From contig NC_091287.1 in the NCBI RefSeq assembly GCF_032444005.1, positions 452,538,001 through 452,602,000 of the forward strand: DNA of 64,000 bases, in the 5' to 3' direction. Under the pieces are notes generated by a model. The model did no database searches. It was not told the origin of the DNA and saw only the letters and a program-made list of their open reading frames with translations. Shown piece by piece: positions 38,255 through 50,500 of the stretch. Positions within the stretch are counted from its first letter, which is position 1; the number at the start of each line of letters is the position of its first letter. The DNA comes from Ranitomeya imitator. Taxonomy: Eukaryota. The translations under genes and the position numbers were made by a program.

Positions 38255-41200
38255 GACATTCAAGGTCTGTACTCTTTGATGGATAATCTCGCTATAAATG
38301 TACAGAATATTCAAGATTTAGTGGTTCAGAATCCTATGTTAGAACCTAAAATTCCTATTCCTGAGTTATTTTCTGGAGATAGAGCTAAGTTTTTGAATTT
38401 TAAAAATAATTGTAAACTATTTCTGGCTTTGAAACCCCGCTCCTCTGGTGACCCAGTTCAACAAGTTAAGATCATTATTTCTTTATTACGTGGCGACCCT
38501 CAAGACTGGGCATTTTCCCTTGCGCCAGGAGATCCTGCATTATGTAATATTGATGCGTTTTTTCTGGCGCTCGGATTGCTGTACGACGAACCTAATTCAG
38601 TGGATCAGGCAGAGAAAAATTAGCTGGCTCTGTGTCAGGGTCAGGATGAGATAGAGATTTATTGTCAGAAGTTTAGGAAGTGGTCCGTGCTCACTCAATG
38701 GAATGAATGTGCGCTGGCAGCTATTTTCAGAAAGGGTCTCTCTGAAGCCCTTAAGGATGTCATGGTGGGATTTCCTATGCCTGCTGGTCTGAATGAGTCT
38801 ATGTCTTTGGCCATTCAGATCGGTCGACGCTTGCGTGAGCGTAAATCTGTGCACCATTTGGCGGTATTATCTGAGCATAAACCTGAGCCTATGCAGTGCG
38901 ATAGGACTTTGACCAGAGCTGAAAGGCAAGAACACAGACGTCAGAATGGGCTGTGTTTCTACTGTGGTGATTCCACTCATGCTATCTCCGATTGTCCTAA
39001 GCGCACTAAGCGGTTCGCTAGGTCTGCCACCATTGGTACGGTACAGTCGAAATTTCTTTTGTCCGTTACTTTGATCTGCTCTTTGTCTTCCTATTCTGTC
39101 ATGGCATTTGTGGATTCAGGCGCTGCCCTGAATTTGATGGACTTGGAGTTTGCTAGGCGCTGTGGGTTTGTCTTGGAGCCCTTGCAGTGTCCTATTCCAT
39201 TGAGAGGAATTGATGCTACGCCTTTGGCCAAGAATAAGCCTCAGTATTGGACCCAGCTGACCATGTGCATGACTCCTGCGCACCAGGAGGATATTCGCTT
39301 TCTGGTGTTGCATAATCTGCATGATGTGGTCGTGTTGGGGTTGCCATGGCTACAAGTCCATAACCCAGTATTAGATTGGAAATCAATGTCTGTGTCCAGC
39401 TGGGGTTGTCAGGGGGTACATGGTGATGTTCCATTTGTGTCTATTTCATCATCCACCCCTTCTGAGGTCCCAGAGTTCTTGTCTGATTACCGGGATGTAT
39501 TCGATGAGCCCAAGTCCAATGCCCTACCTCCGCATAGGGATTGTGATTGTGCTATCGATTTGATTCCTGGTAGTAAGTTTTCTAAGGGTCGACTGTTTAA
39601 TTTATCTGTACCTGAGCACGCCGCTATGCGGAGTTACGTGAAGGAGTCTTTGGAGAAGGGTCATATTCGCCCGTCATCGTCGCCATTGGGAGCGGGGTTC
39701 TTTTTTGTGGCCAAGAAGGATGGTTCGCTGAGACCTTGTATTGATTACCGCCTTCTAAATAAAATTACGGTCAAATTTCAGTACCCCTTGCCGCTGCTGT
39801 CTGATTTGTTTGCTCGGATTAAGGGGGCTAGTTGGTTCACCAAGATAGATCTTCGTGGTGCGTATAATCTTCTGCGTATTAAACGGGGCGATGAATGGAA
39901 AACAGCATTTAATACGCCCGAAGGCCATTTTGAGTACCTGGTTATGCCATTCGGACTTTCTAATGCTCCATCAGTGTTTCAGTCCTTAATGCATGACATC
40001 TTCCGAGAGTACCTGGATAAATTCCTGATTGTATACTTGGACGATATTTTGGTCTTCTCGGATGATTGGGAGTCTCATGTGAAGCAGGTCAGAATGGTGT
40101 TCCAGGTCCTGCGTGCTAATTCTTTGTTTGTGAAGGGGTCAAAGTGTCTCTTTGGTGTTCAGAAGATTTCATTTTTGGGGTTCATTTTTTCTCCTTCTAC
40201 TATCGAGATGGACTCTGTTAAAGTTCAGGCCATTTTTGATTGGACTCAGCCAACATCTCTGAAGAGTCTGCAGAAGTTCCTGGGCTTTGCTAATTTTTAT
40301 CGTCGCTTCATCGCTAATTTTTCTAGTATTGCTAAACCATTGACTGATTTAACCAAGAAGGGTGCTGATGTGGTCAATTGGTCTTCTGCTGCTGTGGAAG
40401 CTTTTCAGGAGTTGAAGCGTCGTTTTTCTTCTGCCCCTGTGTTGTGCCAACCAGATGTTTCGCTTCCGTTCCAGGTCGAGTTTGATGCTTCTGAAATTGG
40501 AGCAGGGGCTGTTTTGTCGCAGAGAAGTTCTGATTGCTCGGTGATGAAACCATGCGCCTTCTTTTCCAGGAAATTTTCGCCTGCTGAGCGAAATTATGAT
40601 GTTGGCAATCGAGAGTTGCTAGCCATGAAGTGGGCATTCGAGGAGTGGCGTCATTGGCTTGAAGGAGCTAAGCATCGCGTGGTGGTCTTGACTGATCACA
40701 AAAACTTGACTTATCTCGAGTCTGCCAAACGGTTGAATTCTAGACAGGCTCGTTGGTCGCTGTTTTTCTCCCGTTTTGACTTTGTGGTTTCGTACCTTCC
40801 GGGCTCTAAAAATGTGAAGGCGGATGCCCTGTCTAGGAGTTTTGTGCCCGATTCTCCGGGTTTGCCTGAGCCGGCGGGTATTCTCAAAGAGGGGGTAATT
40901 TTGTCTGCCATCTCCCCTGATTTGCGGCGGGTGCTGCAAAAATTTCAGGCTAATAGACCTGACCTTTGCCCAGCGGAGAAACTGTTTGTCCCTGATAGGT
41001 GGACGAATAAAGTTATCTCTGAGGTTCATTGTTCGGTGTTGGCTGGTCATCCTGGAATCTTTGGTACCAGAGAGTTGGTGGCTAGATCCTTTTGGTGGCC
41101 GTCTCTGTCGCGGGATGTGCGTTCTTTTGTGCAGTCCTGTGGGATTTGTGCTCGGGCTAAGCCCTGCTGTTCTCGTGCCAATGGGTTGCTTTTGCCCTTG

Positions 41201-42514
41201 CCGGTCCCGAAGAGGCCTTGGACACATATCTTTATGGATTTTATTTCGGATCTCCCCGTCTCTCAAAGAATGTCGGTCATTTGGGTGGTTTGTGATCGCT
41301 TCTCTAAGATGGTCCATTTGGTGCCCTTGTCTAAATTGCCTTCCTCCTCTGATTTGGTGCCGTTGTTTTTCCAGCATGTGGTTCGTTTACATGGCATTCC
41401 AGAGAACATCGTTTCTGACAGAGGTTCCCAGTTTGTTTTGAGGTTTTGGCGAGCCTTTTGTGCTAGGATGGGCATTGATTTGTCTTTTTCCTCGGCTTTC
41501 CATCCTCAGACAAATGGCCAGACTGAACGAACCAATCAGACCTTGGAAACATATCTGAGATGTTTTGTTTCTGCTGATCAGGATGATTGGGTGTCCTTTT
41601 TGCCTTTGGCGGAGTTCGCCCTTAATAATCGGGCCAGCTCGGCTACTTTGGTTTCGCCGTTTTTCTGCAATTCTGGATTCCACCCTCGTTTCTCTTCAGG
41701 GCAGGTTGAGTCTTCGGACTGTCCTGGTGTGGATACTGTGGTGGATAGGTTGCAGCAGATTTGGACTCATGTAGTGGACAATCTGACTTTGTCCCAGGAG
41801 AAGGCTCAACGTTTCGCTAACCGCAGGTACTGTGTGGGTCCCCGACTTCGTGTTGGTGATTTGGTTTGGTTGTCATCTCGTTATATTCCTATGAAGGTTT
41901 CCTCTCCTAAATTTAAGCCTCGTTTCATTGGTCCATATAGGATTTCTGAGGTTCTTAATCCTGTGTCTTTTCGTTTGACTCTTCCAGCTTCTTTTTCCAT
42001 CCATAACGTGTTCCATAGGTCATTGTTGAGGAGATACGTGGCACCTGTGGTTCCATCTATTGATCCTCCTGCTCCGGTTTTGGTTGAAGGGGAATTGGAG
42101 TATATAGTGGAGAAGATTTTGGATTCTCGTGTTTCGAGACGGAAACTCCAGTATCTGGTTAAGTGGAAAGGTTATGGTCAGGAAGATAATTCCTGGGTCT
42201 TTGCCTCTGATGTCCATGCTGCCGATCTGATTCGTGCCTTTCATGTGGCTCATCCTGGTCGGCCTGGGGGCTCTGGTGAGGGTTCGGTGACCCCTCCTCA
42301 AGGGGGGGGTACTGTTCTGAATTTTGTGGCCAAGCTCCCTCCTGTGGTCGAGAGTGGTACTTCGGCTGGTTCTGTCTATGAGCTTCCTTTGGTGGATGAG
42401 AGTGGTACTGCGGCTTCTGAGTTTCCTTCCTCAGGTGATGAGGTTAAGTCGTTAGGTGCTGCTCTATTTAACTCCACCTGGTGCTTTGATCCTGGCCTCC
42501 AGTCAATGTTCTAG
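38255..42514 (+). CDS. Chromovirus gag-pol polyprotein, one frame with a single premature TAG at 38621-38623
   Basis: Gag (ELFSGDRAKF), CCHC knuckle CFYCGDSTHAISDC, protease FVDSGA, RT VYLDD, RNase H, integrase H..H/C..C plus D,D,E, and chromodomain EYIVEKILDSR..YLVKWKGYGQEDNSWV. ORFs 38195-38623 and 38687-42514 share a frame. Confidence 0.93.
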
Positions 42515-43104
42515 TATTGGTCTTGCTTCCTCCTGGATCGTTCCTGTGGCCTGTCTATCCTGCATAAGCTAAGTTTTGCTTGTGTTATTTTTGTTTGCTA
42601 TTTTTTCTGTCCAGCTTGCTATATTGGTTTTTCTTGCTTGCTGGAAGCTCTGAGACGCAGAGGGAGCACCTCCGTACCGTTAGTCGGTGCGGAGGGTCTT
42701 TTTGCCCCTCTGCGTGGTTGTTTGTAGGTTTTTGTGTTGACCGCAAAGCTATCTTTCCTATACTCGGTCTATTCAGTAAGTCGGGCCTCACTTTGCTAAA
42801 TCTATTTCATCTCTGTGTTTGTATTTTCATCTTTACTCACAGTCATTATATGTGGGGGGCTGCCTTTTCCTTTGGGGAATTTCTCTGAGGCAAGGTAGGC
42901 TAATTTTTCTATCTTCAGGGCTAGTTAGTTTATCAGGCAATCCACGGCTACCTCTAGTGTGGTGTGATAGGATTAGGGATTGCGGTCAGCAGAGTTCCCA
43001 CGTCTCAGAGCTCGTCCTATGTTTTTGGTAATTGTCATGTCACTTTGTGTGCTCTGAACTTCAATGTCCATTGTGGTACTGAATTACCTGTTCATAACAG
43101 CCAT

Positions 43105-46100
43105 ACACACAAGGATGGCGATGAGGAACCATGCATACAAGGATGGGAATAAGGAACCAAGCATACAAGGATGGGAACAAGGAGCCATGCATACAAGGAT
43201 GGGAATAAGGAACCAAGCATACAAGGATGGGAATAAGGAGCCATGCATACAAGGATGGGAACAAGGAGCCATGCATACAAGGATGGGGATAAGGAACCAT
43301 GCATACAAGGATGGTAATAAGGAGCCATGCATACAAGGATGGGAATAAGGAGCCATGCAGACAAGGATGGGAACAAGGAGCCATGCAGACAAGGATGGGA
43401 ACAAGGAGCCATGCATACAAGGATGGGGATAAGGAGCCATGCAGACAAGGATGGGAATAAGGAGCTATGCAGACAAGGATGGGGATAAGGAGCCATGCAT
43501 ACAAGGATGGGAATAAGGAGCCATGCAGACAAGGATGGGAACAAGGAGCCATGCATACAAGGATGGGGATAAGGAGCCATGCATATAAGGATGGGGATAA
43601 GGAGCCATGCAGACAAGGATGGGAATAAGGAGCCATGCAGACAAAGATGGGAATAAGGAGCCATGCACACAAGGATTGGAATAAGGAGCCATGCAAACAA
43701 GGATGGGGATAAGGAGCCATGCAGACAAGGATGGGAATAAGGAGCCATGCAGACAAGGATGGGGATAAGGGGCCATGCAGACAAGGATGGGAATAAGGAG
43801 CCATGCAGACAAGGATGGTGATAAGGGGCCATGCAGACAAGGATGGTGATAAGGGGCCATGCAGACAAGGATGGGAATAAGGAACCATGCATACAAGGAT
43901 GGGAATAAGGAGCCATGCATACAAGGATGGGAACAAGGAGCTATGCATACAAGGATGGGGATAAGGAACCATGCATACAAGGATGGGAATAAGGAGCCAT
44001 GCAGACAAGGATGGGAACAAGGAGCCATGCATACAAGGATGGGGATAAGGAGCCATGCAGACAAGGATGGGAATAAGGAGCCATGCAGACAAGGATGGGG
44101 ATAAGGAGCCATGCAGACAAGGATTGGAATAAGGAGCCATGCATACACGGATGGGGATAAGGAGCCATGCAGACAAGGATGGGGATAAGGGGCCATGCAG
44201 ACAAGGATGGGAATAAGGAGCCATGCAGACAAGGATGGGGATAAGGGGCCATGCAGACAAAGATGGGAATAAGGAGCCATGCAGACAAGGATGGGGATAA
44301 GGAGCCATGCAGACAAGGATGGGAATAAGGAGCCATGCATACAAGGATGGGAATAAGGAGCCATGCATACCAGGATGGGAATAAGGAGCCATGCAGACAA
44401 GGATGGGGATAAGGAGAAATGCATACCAGGATGGGAATAAGGAGCCATGCAGACAAGGATGGGGATAAGGAGCCATGCATACCAGTATGGGAATAAGGAG
44501 CCATGCTGACAAGGATGGGGATATGTTGCCATGCAGACAAGGATAGGGATAAGGAGCCATGCAGACAAGGATGGGAATAAGGAGCCATGCATACAAGGAT
44601 GGGGATGAGTAGCCATGCATACAAGGATGAGGATAAGTAGCCATGCAAACAAGATTGGGAATAAGGAGCCATGCATACAAGGAAGGGAATAAAGAGCCAT
44701 ACATACAAGGATGGGGATGAAGAACCATGCAGACAAGAATGGGAATAAGTAGCCATGCAGACAAGGATGGGAATAAGCAGCCATGCATACAAGGATGGGG
44801 ATAAGAATGGGAATAAGGAGCCATGCATACAAGGATGGGAATAAGGAGCCATGCATACCAGGATGGGAATAAGGAGCCATGCAGACAAGGATGGGGATAA
44901 GGAGAAATGCATACCAGGATGGGAATAAGGAGCCATGCAGACAAGGATGGGGATAAGGAGCCATGCATACCAGTATGGGAATAAGGAGCCATGCTGACAA
45001 GGATGGGGATATGTTGCCATGCAGACAAGGATAGGGATAAGGAGCCATGCAGACAAGGATGGGAATAAGGAGCCATGCATACAAGGATGGGGATGAGTAG
45101 CCATGCATACAAGGATGAGGATAAGTAGCCATGCAAACAAGATTGGGAATAAGGAGCCATGCATACAAGGAAGGGAATAAAGAGCCATACATACAAGGAT
45201 GGGGATGAAGAACCATGCAGACAAGAATGGGAATAAGTAGCCATGCAGACAAGGATGGGAATAAGCAGCCATGCATACAAGGATGGGGATAAGAATGGGA
45301 ATAAGGAGCCATGCATACAAGGATGGGAATAAGGAGCCATGCAGACAAGGATGGGAATAAGGAGCCATGAAAACAAGGATGGGAATATGGAGCCATGCAG
45401 ACAAAGATGGGGATAAGGAGCCATTCATGCAAGGATAGGAATAAGGAGCTATGGATGCAAGGATGGGAATAAGTAGCCATGCATACAAGGATGGGGATAA
45501 TGAGCCATGCATACAAGGATGGGAATAAGGAGCCATGCAGACAAAGATGGGGATAAGGAGCCATTCATGCAAGGATGGGAATAAGGAGCTATGCATGCAA
45601 GGATGGGAATAAGGAGCCATGCAGACAAGGATGGGGATAAGGAGCCATGCATACAAGGATGGGAATAAGGAGCCATGCATACAAGGATGGGAATAAAGAG
45701 CCATGCAGACAAGGATGGGGATAAGGAGCCATGAAAACAAGGAAGGGAATATGGAGCCATGCAGACAAAGATGGGGATAAGGAGCCATTCATGAAAGGAT
45801 GGGAATAAGGAGCTATGCATACAAGGATAGGGATAAGGAGCCATGCATACAAGGATGGGGATAAGGAGCCATGCAGACAAGGATGGGGATAAGGAGCCAT
45901 GAAAACAAGGATGGGAATATGGAGCCACGCAGACAAAGATGGGGATAAGGACCATTCATGCAAGGATGGGAATAAGGAGCTATGCATGCAAGGATGGGAA
46001 TAAGTAGCCATGCATACAAGGATGGGGATAAGGAGCCATGCATACAAGGATGGGAATAAGGAGCCATGCATACAAGGATGGGAATAAGGAGCCATGCAGA

Positions 46101-47305
46101 CAAGGATGGGAATAAGGAGCCATGAAAACAAGGATGGGAATATGGAGCCATGCAGACAAAGATGGGGATAAGGAGCCATTCATGCAAGGATGGGAATAAG
46201 GAGCTATGCATGCAAGGATGGGAATAAGTAGCCATGCATACAAGGATGGGGATAATGAGCCATGCATACAAGGATGGGAATAAGGAGCCATGCAGACAAA
46301 GATGGGGATAAGGAGCCATTCATGCAAGGATGGGAATAAGGAGATATGCATGCAAGGATGGGAATAAGGAGCCATGCAGACAAGGATGGGGATAAGGAGC
46401 CATGAAAACAAGGATGGGAATATGGAGCCATGCAGACAAAGATGGGGATATGGAGCCATTCATGCAAGGATGGGAATAAAGAGCTATGCATGCAAGGATG
46501 GGAATAAGTAGGCATGCATACAAGGATGGGGATAAGGAGCCATGCATACAAGGATGGGAATAAGGAGCCATGCATACAAGGATGGGGATAAGGAGCCATG
46601 CATACAAGGATGGGGATAAGGAGCTATGCATGCAAGGATGGGAATAAGTAGCCATGCATACAAGGATGGGGATAAGGAGCCATGCATACAAGGATGGGGA
46701 TAAGGAGCTATGCAGACAAGGATGGGGATAAGGAGCCATGAAAACAAGGATGGGAATATGGAGCCATGCAGACAAAGATGGGGATAAGGAGCCATTCATG
46801 CAAGGATGGGAATAAGGAGCTATGCATGCAAGGATGGGAATAAGGAGCCATGCAGACAAGGATGGGGATAAGGAGCCATGAAAACAAGGATGGGAATATG
46901 GAGCCATGCAGACAAAGATGGGGAAAAGGAGCCATTCATGCAAGGATGGGAATAAGGAGCTATGCATGCAAGGATGGGAATAAGGAGCCATGCAGACAAG
47001 AATGGGGATAAGGAGCCATGCATACAAGGATGGGAATAAGGAGCCATGCATACAAGGATGGGGATAAGGAGCCATGCATACAAGGACGGGGATAAGGAGC
47101 CATGCAGACAAAGATGGGGATAAGGAGCCATGCATGCAAGGATGGGAATAAGGAGCCATGCATACAAGGATGGGCCTAAGGAGCCATGCATACAAGGATG
47201 GGGATATGTTTCCATGCAGACAAGGATGGGAATAAGGAGCCATGCATACAAGGGTGGCAATAAGTAGCCATGCATAACAGAATGGGGATTGGGGGACAAT
47301 GCATA
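43105..47305. repeat. 28-bp minisatellite array 1, about 150 units
   Basis: Consensus GG(A/G)ATAAGGAGCCATGCA(G/T)ACAAGGATG, with variant units arranged in higher-order patterns. Confidence 0.97.
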
Positions 47306-47594
47306 CCCAGCTTATACTCGAGTCAATAAGTTTTCCCAGTTTTTCAAGGCAAAATTAGGTGCCTCGGCTTATATTTCGGTCTGCTTATACACAAGTGTAT
47401 ATGGTATAAATAAATATTTTCAGCTCCCCCAGTCTATTACATGATAGTTGCAGATTGGACAGCATTTTCATGGTGACAGGTTCCATTTAAAAGAAATTTA
47501 TCAGCCCAAAATGACTGCTCAAACCAAATACAGGCGTTCGGTGCACCCTTGGTGTGGCCAAACAGTTTGGTGCACCTTTTACCCTTTTACCAAT

Positions 47595-50500
47595 TATTTA
47601 TTCCCTTAATGAGCGCAGGAGCTGCTGGCACCTGAATGAGATGCTGCATGTGAAGGTAAGTAGGATGGTTTTTTTCTGCCTTTCTCATGGGGGGCCATAC
47701 ACACAAGGATGGGGATGATGAACCATGCAGACAAGGATGGGAATAAGGAGCCATGCAGACAAGGATGGGAACAAGGAGCCATGCATACAAGGATGGGAAT
47801 AAGCAGCCATGCAGACAAGGATTTGGAAAAGCAGCCATGCAGACAAGGATGGGGATAAGGAGCCATGCAGACAAGGATTGGAATAAGGAGCCATGCAGAC
47901 AAGGATGGGGATAAGGAGCCATGCAGACAAGGATTGGAATAAAGAGCCATGCAGACAAGGATGGGAATAAGGAGCCATTCATGCAAGGATGGGAATAAGG
48001 AGGTATGCATGCAAGGATGGGAATAAGTAGCCATGCATACAAGGATGGGGATGAGGAGCCATGCATACAAGGATGGCAATAAGGAGCCATGCAGACGAGG
48101 ATGGGAATAAGGAGCCATGCAGACAAGGATGGGGATAAGGAGCCATGAAAACAAGGATGGGAATATGGAGCCATGCAGACAAAGATGGGGATAAGGACCA
48201 TTCATGCAAGAATGGGAATAAGGAGCTATGCATGTGTCACGATATGGTATGAAATATCATAAGTTTAGTTGCTCGTCAGCTCATGAGGTGGGCTAAACCC
48301 CCCCTTCACTAGCTGACTCTACTTGTTTCTCTCTGGGCTACGGACTGTATGCTAGAAGGGGGTTTAATTGCCCTGGGGTCGTAAATTCCAGGCTCAGAGG
48401 AAAGTCCCTCACCCCTCCCACCTTCACTAGTCAGAACTGGTAAAGTGGCTCCAAAATTCATGAAAGATCCTTTGTTTGGTTTTGGTACGATATTATGCAC
48501 CATGTTTACGGTAAGAACACGAAAATATATATTCGTATTCCCACTCGGTGTAGGTACCCATCCCTTGAAACTCGGGCTTCTAACTCCGTCTGGTAAAGAA
48601 GTAGGGTTTTCTCTGTAAATATGTATCCCAGATAGGACATATTTGATCTCATTAGAATGCTCACGTTAACCCGAGATGATTGATGGGTTTGTTAGAACTA
48701 TGACGTGTTTTGTAGTGAAGTTATAGAAATTAGCGAGAATAGTTTAAAGTTTAGGCAGAATGTAGAGAGAGGAGGGTCTGGATAAGTCAGCCTTTCTGTG
48801 ATGTCACAGCCTTAAGGGTTTAAGTGTCTGGCAGGCTCTGAGGAGGCACTCTTCTGCTGATGTCTCCTTCTGGACTGCTTGTCTTCTGAAGCCAGCAGCA
48901 CGTCCAAATGAGCTGGGACATATGGAAAAACTCCACTAGCCTGGATGCCTGTCATGCTTTAAACATGTGAGTGTTGCTTTTCTCATTTATTCCCTTTATG
49001 TTATAATTACCCATGTACATATTTGCAATTGTCTCATTTGTAACATCTTTATAAACTATTTTTGATAAAGCCCTGCCTAATTATTTTTAATGGGATATAC
49101 TATTATATGTTAGTTCTTCTCCATGCTCTAAAAACCGTACCCTAAGTCTTCTGAAGTGAAATACGCTACTGTTACTGTTGAGTTGGGTTAGCTTCGGACC
49201 CGTTTAATCGAAGCTGGTGGCAGCGAAAGTGTGCTGACTGTTGGATTATGCTGAAGCAACTGCGGGTTTGATAATTATTGTTCCTGCCTGAGTGGGAGTA
49301 GTTATCGCGTCGCTGCAGCGTGCCCAATAGCCAGTACATAGCAGGCAGCCTTTCTGGCGACTAATTACCCAGGGTGCAGTACCTAATCTGACCTGAGAGT
49401 AAGGGGGGCGCCAGAGAGCTGCAAGTGTTAAGGGGAACTGTAAGCGGGATATACATAAATCCCTGCAGTTCGTGGTATATAGAAAAGCAGTGGGATACCT
49501 AGAATAAGCCCCTGCTGTTAACTAAGAGGTCAATAGCCTTGTGTGTGGTTTTTCATCACATCGTGGAGTGGAGGGATAACTAAGATAAGCCCCCCTGCAC
49601 ATGTGATAGCCGTCTGTTGGTCTAAAGTCACCTCAATCCGTGACGTAGGGGTGACGGTCACGGTGTGAATCCTGACCCATTGGTGACAGTGGTCAGGGGA
49701 ATCGTGACAGCATGCAAGGATGGGAATAAGTAGCCATGCATACAAGGATGGGGATAAGGAGCCATGCATACAAGGACGGGGATAAGGAGCCATGCAGACA
49801 AAGATGGGAATAAGGAACCAAGCATACAAGGATGGGAATAAGGAGCCATTCATGCAAGGATGGGAATAAGGAGCCATGCAGACAAGAATGGGGATAAGGA
49901 GCCATGCATACAAGGACGGGGATAAGGAGCCATGCAGACAAAGATGGGGATAAGGAGCCATGCATGCAAGGATGGGAATAATGAGCCATGCAGACAAAGA
50001 TGGGGATAAGGAGCCATTCATGCAAGGATGGGAATAAGGAGCTATGGATGCAAGGATGGGAATAAGTAGCCATGCATACAAGGATGGGGATAATGAGCCA
50101 TGCATACAAGGATGGGAATAAGGAGCCATGCAGACAAAGATGGGGATAAGGAGCCATTCATGCAAGGATGGGAATAAGGAGCTATGCATGCAAGGATGGG
50201 AATAAGGAGCCATGCAGACAAGGATGGGGATAAGGAGCCATGCATACAAGGATGGGAATAAGGAGCCATGCATACAAGGATGGGAATAAAGAGCCATGCA
50301 GACAAGGATGGGGATAAGGAGCCATGAAAACAAGGAAGGGAATATGGAGCCATGCAGACAAAGATGGGGATAAGGAGCCATTCATGAAAGGATGGGAATA
50401 AGGAGCTATGCATACAAGGATAGGGATAAGGAGCCATGCATACAAGGATGGGGATAAGGAGCCATGCAGACAAGGATGGGGATAAGGAGCCATGAAAACA

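Larger units (their letters stand above)
37297..43099 (+). mobile_element. Full-length chromovirus (Tf1/sushi-like Gypsy LTR retrotransposon)
   Basis: 5' LTR 37297-38114 and 3' LTR 42313-43099 (TGTT(G/C)TGAA..TTCATAACA), differing by about 9 substitutions and one 31-bp deletion. PPT AAGGGGGGGG near 42300. Flanking duplication GCCATA. Confidence 0.97.
37130..47404. mobile_element. Non-autonomous Tigger/pogo-like element carrying the 28-bp minisatellite
   Basis: TA|CTGTATATACTCGTGTATAAGC ... GCTTATACACAAGTGTATATGG|TA, with subterminal GCTTATACTCGAG repeats. Further copies of the right end finish at 51997 and 61330. Confidence 0.8.
36815..47486. mobile_element. T2/Kolobok hairpin MITE split by the Tigger-like insertion
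   Basis: The left arm and centre (36815-37127) stop at ACAAAAC|TA. The right arm resumes after TA at 47407 and ends CATGGTGACAGGTTCCAT|TTAA (47487-47490), complementary to the left arm. Confidence 0.7.

Noticed and set aside
38621-38623. TAG as a programmed gag-pol readthrough site
   Set aside because: It lies in mid-gag, upstream of the zinc knuckle, not at the gag-protease boundary; a point mutation is more likely.
43061-47299. Very long minus-strand ORFs (up to 787 aa) of MAPYSHPCLHGSLFPSLSAWLLIPILVC repeats, also at 49530-52826 and 60654-64000
   Set aside because: They are the arithmetic result of a 28-bp monomer with no stop on that strand (three monomers give 28 codons); all three frames are open and there is no gene structure.
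48309-48503. 64-aa ORF present three times (also 52902-53096 and 59433-59627)
   Set aside because: It recurs only because it lies in the three copies of the same LTR, and it has no recognisable domain.
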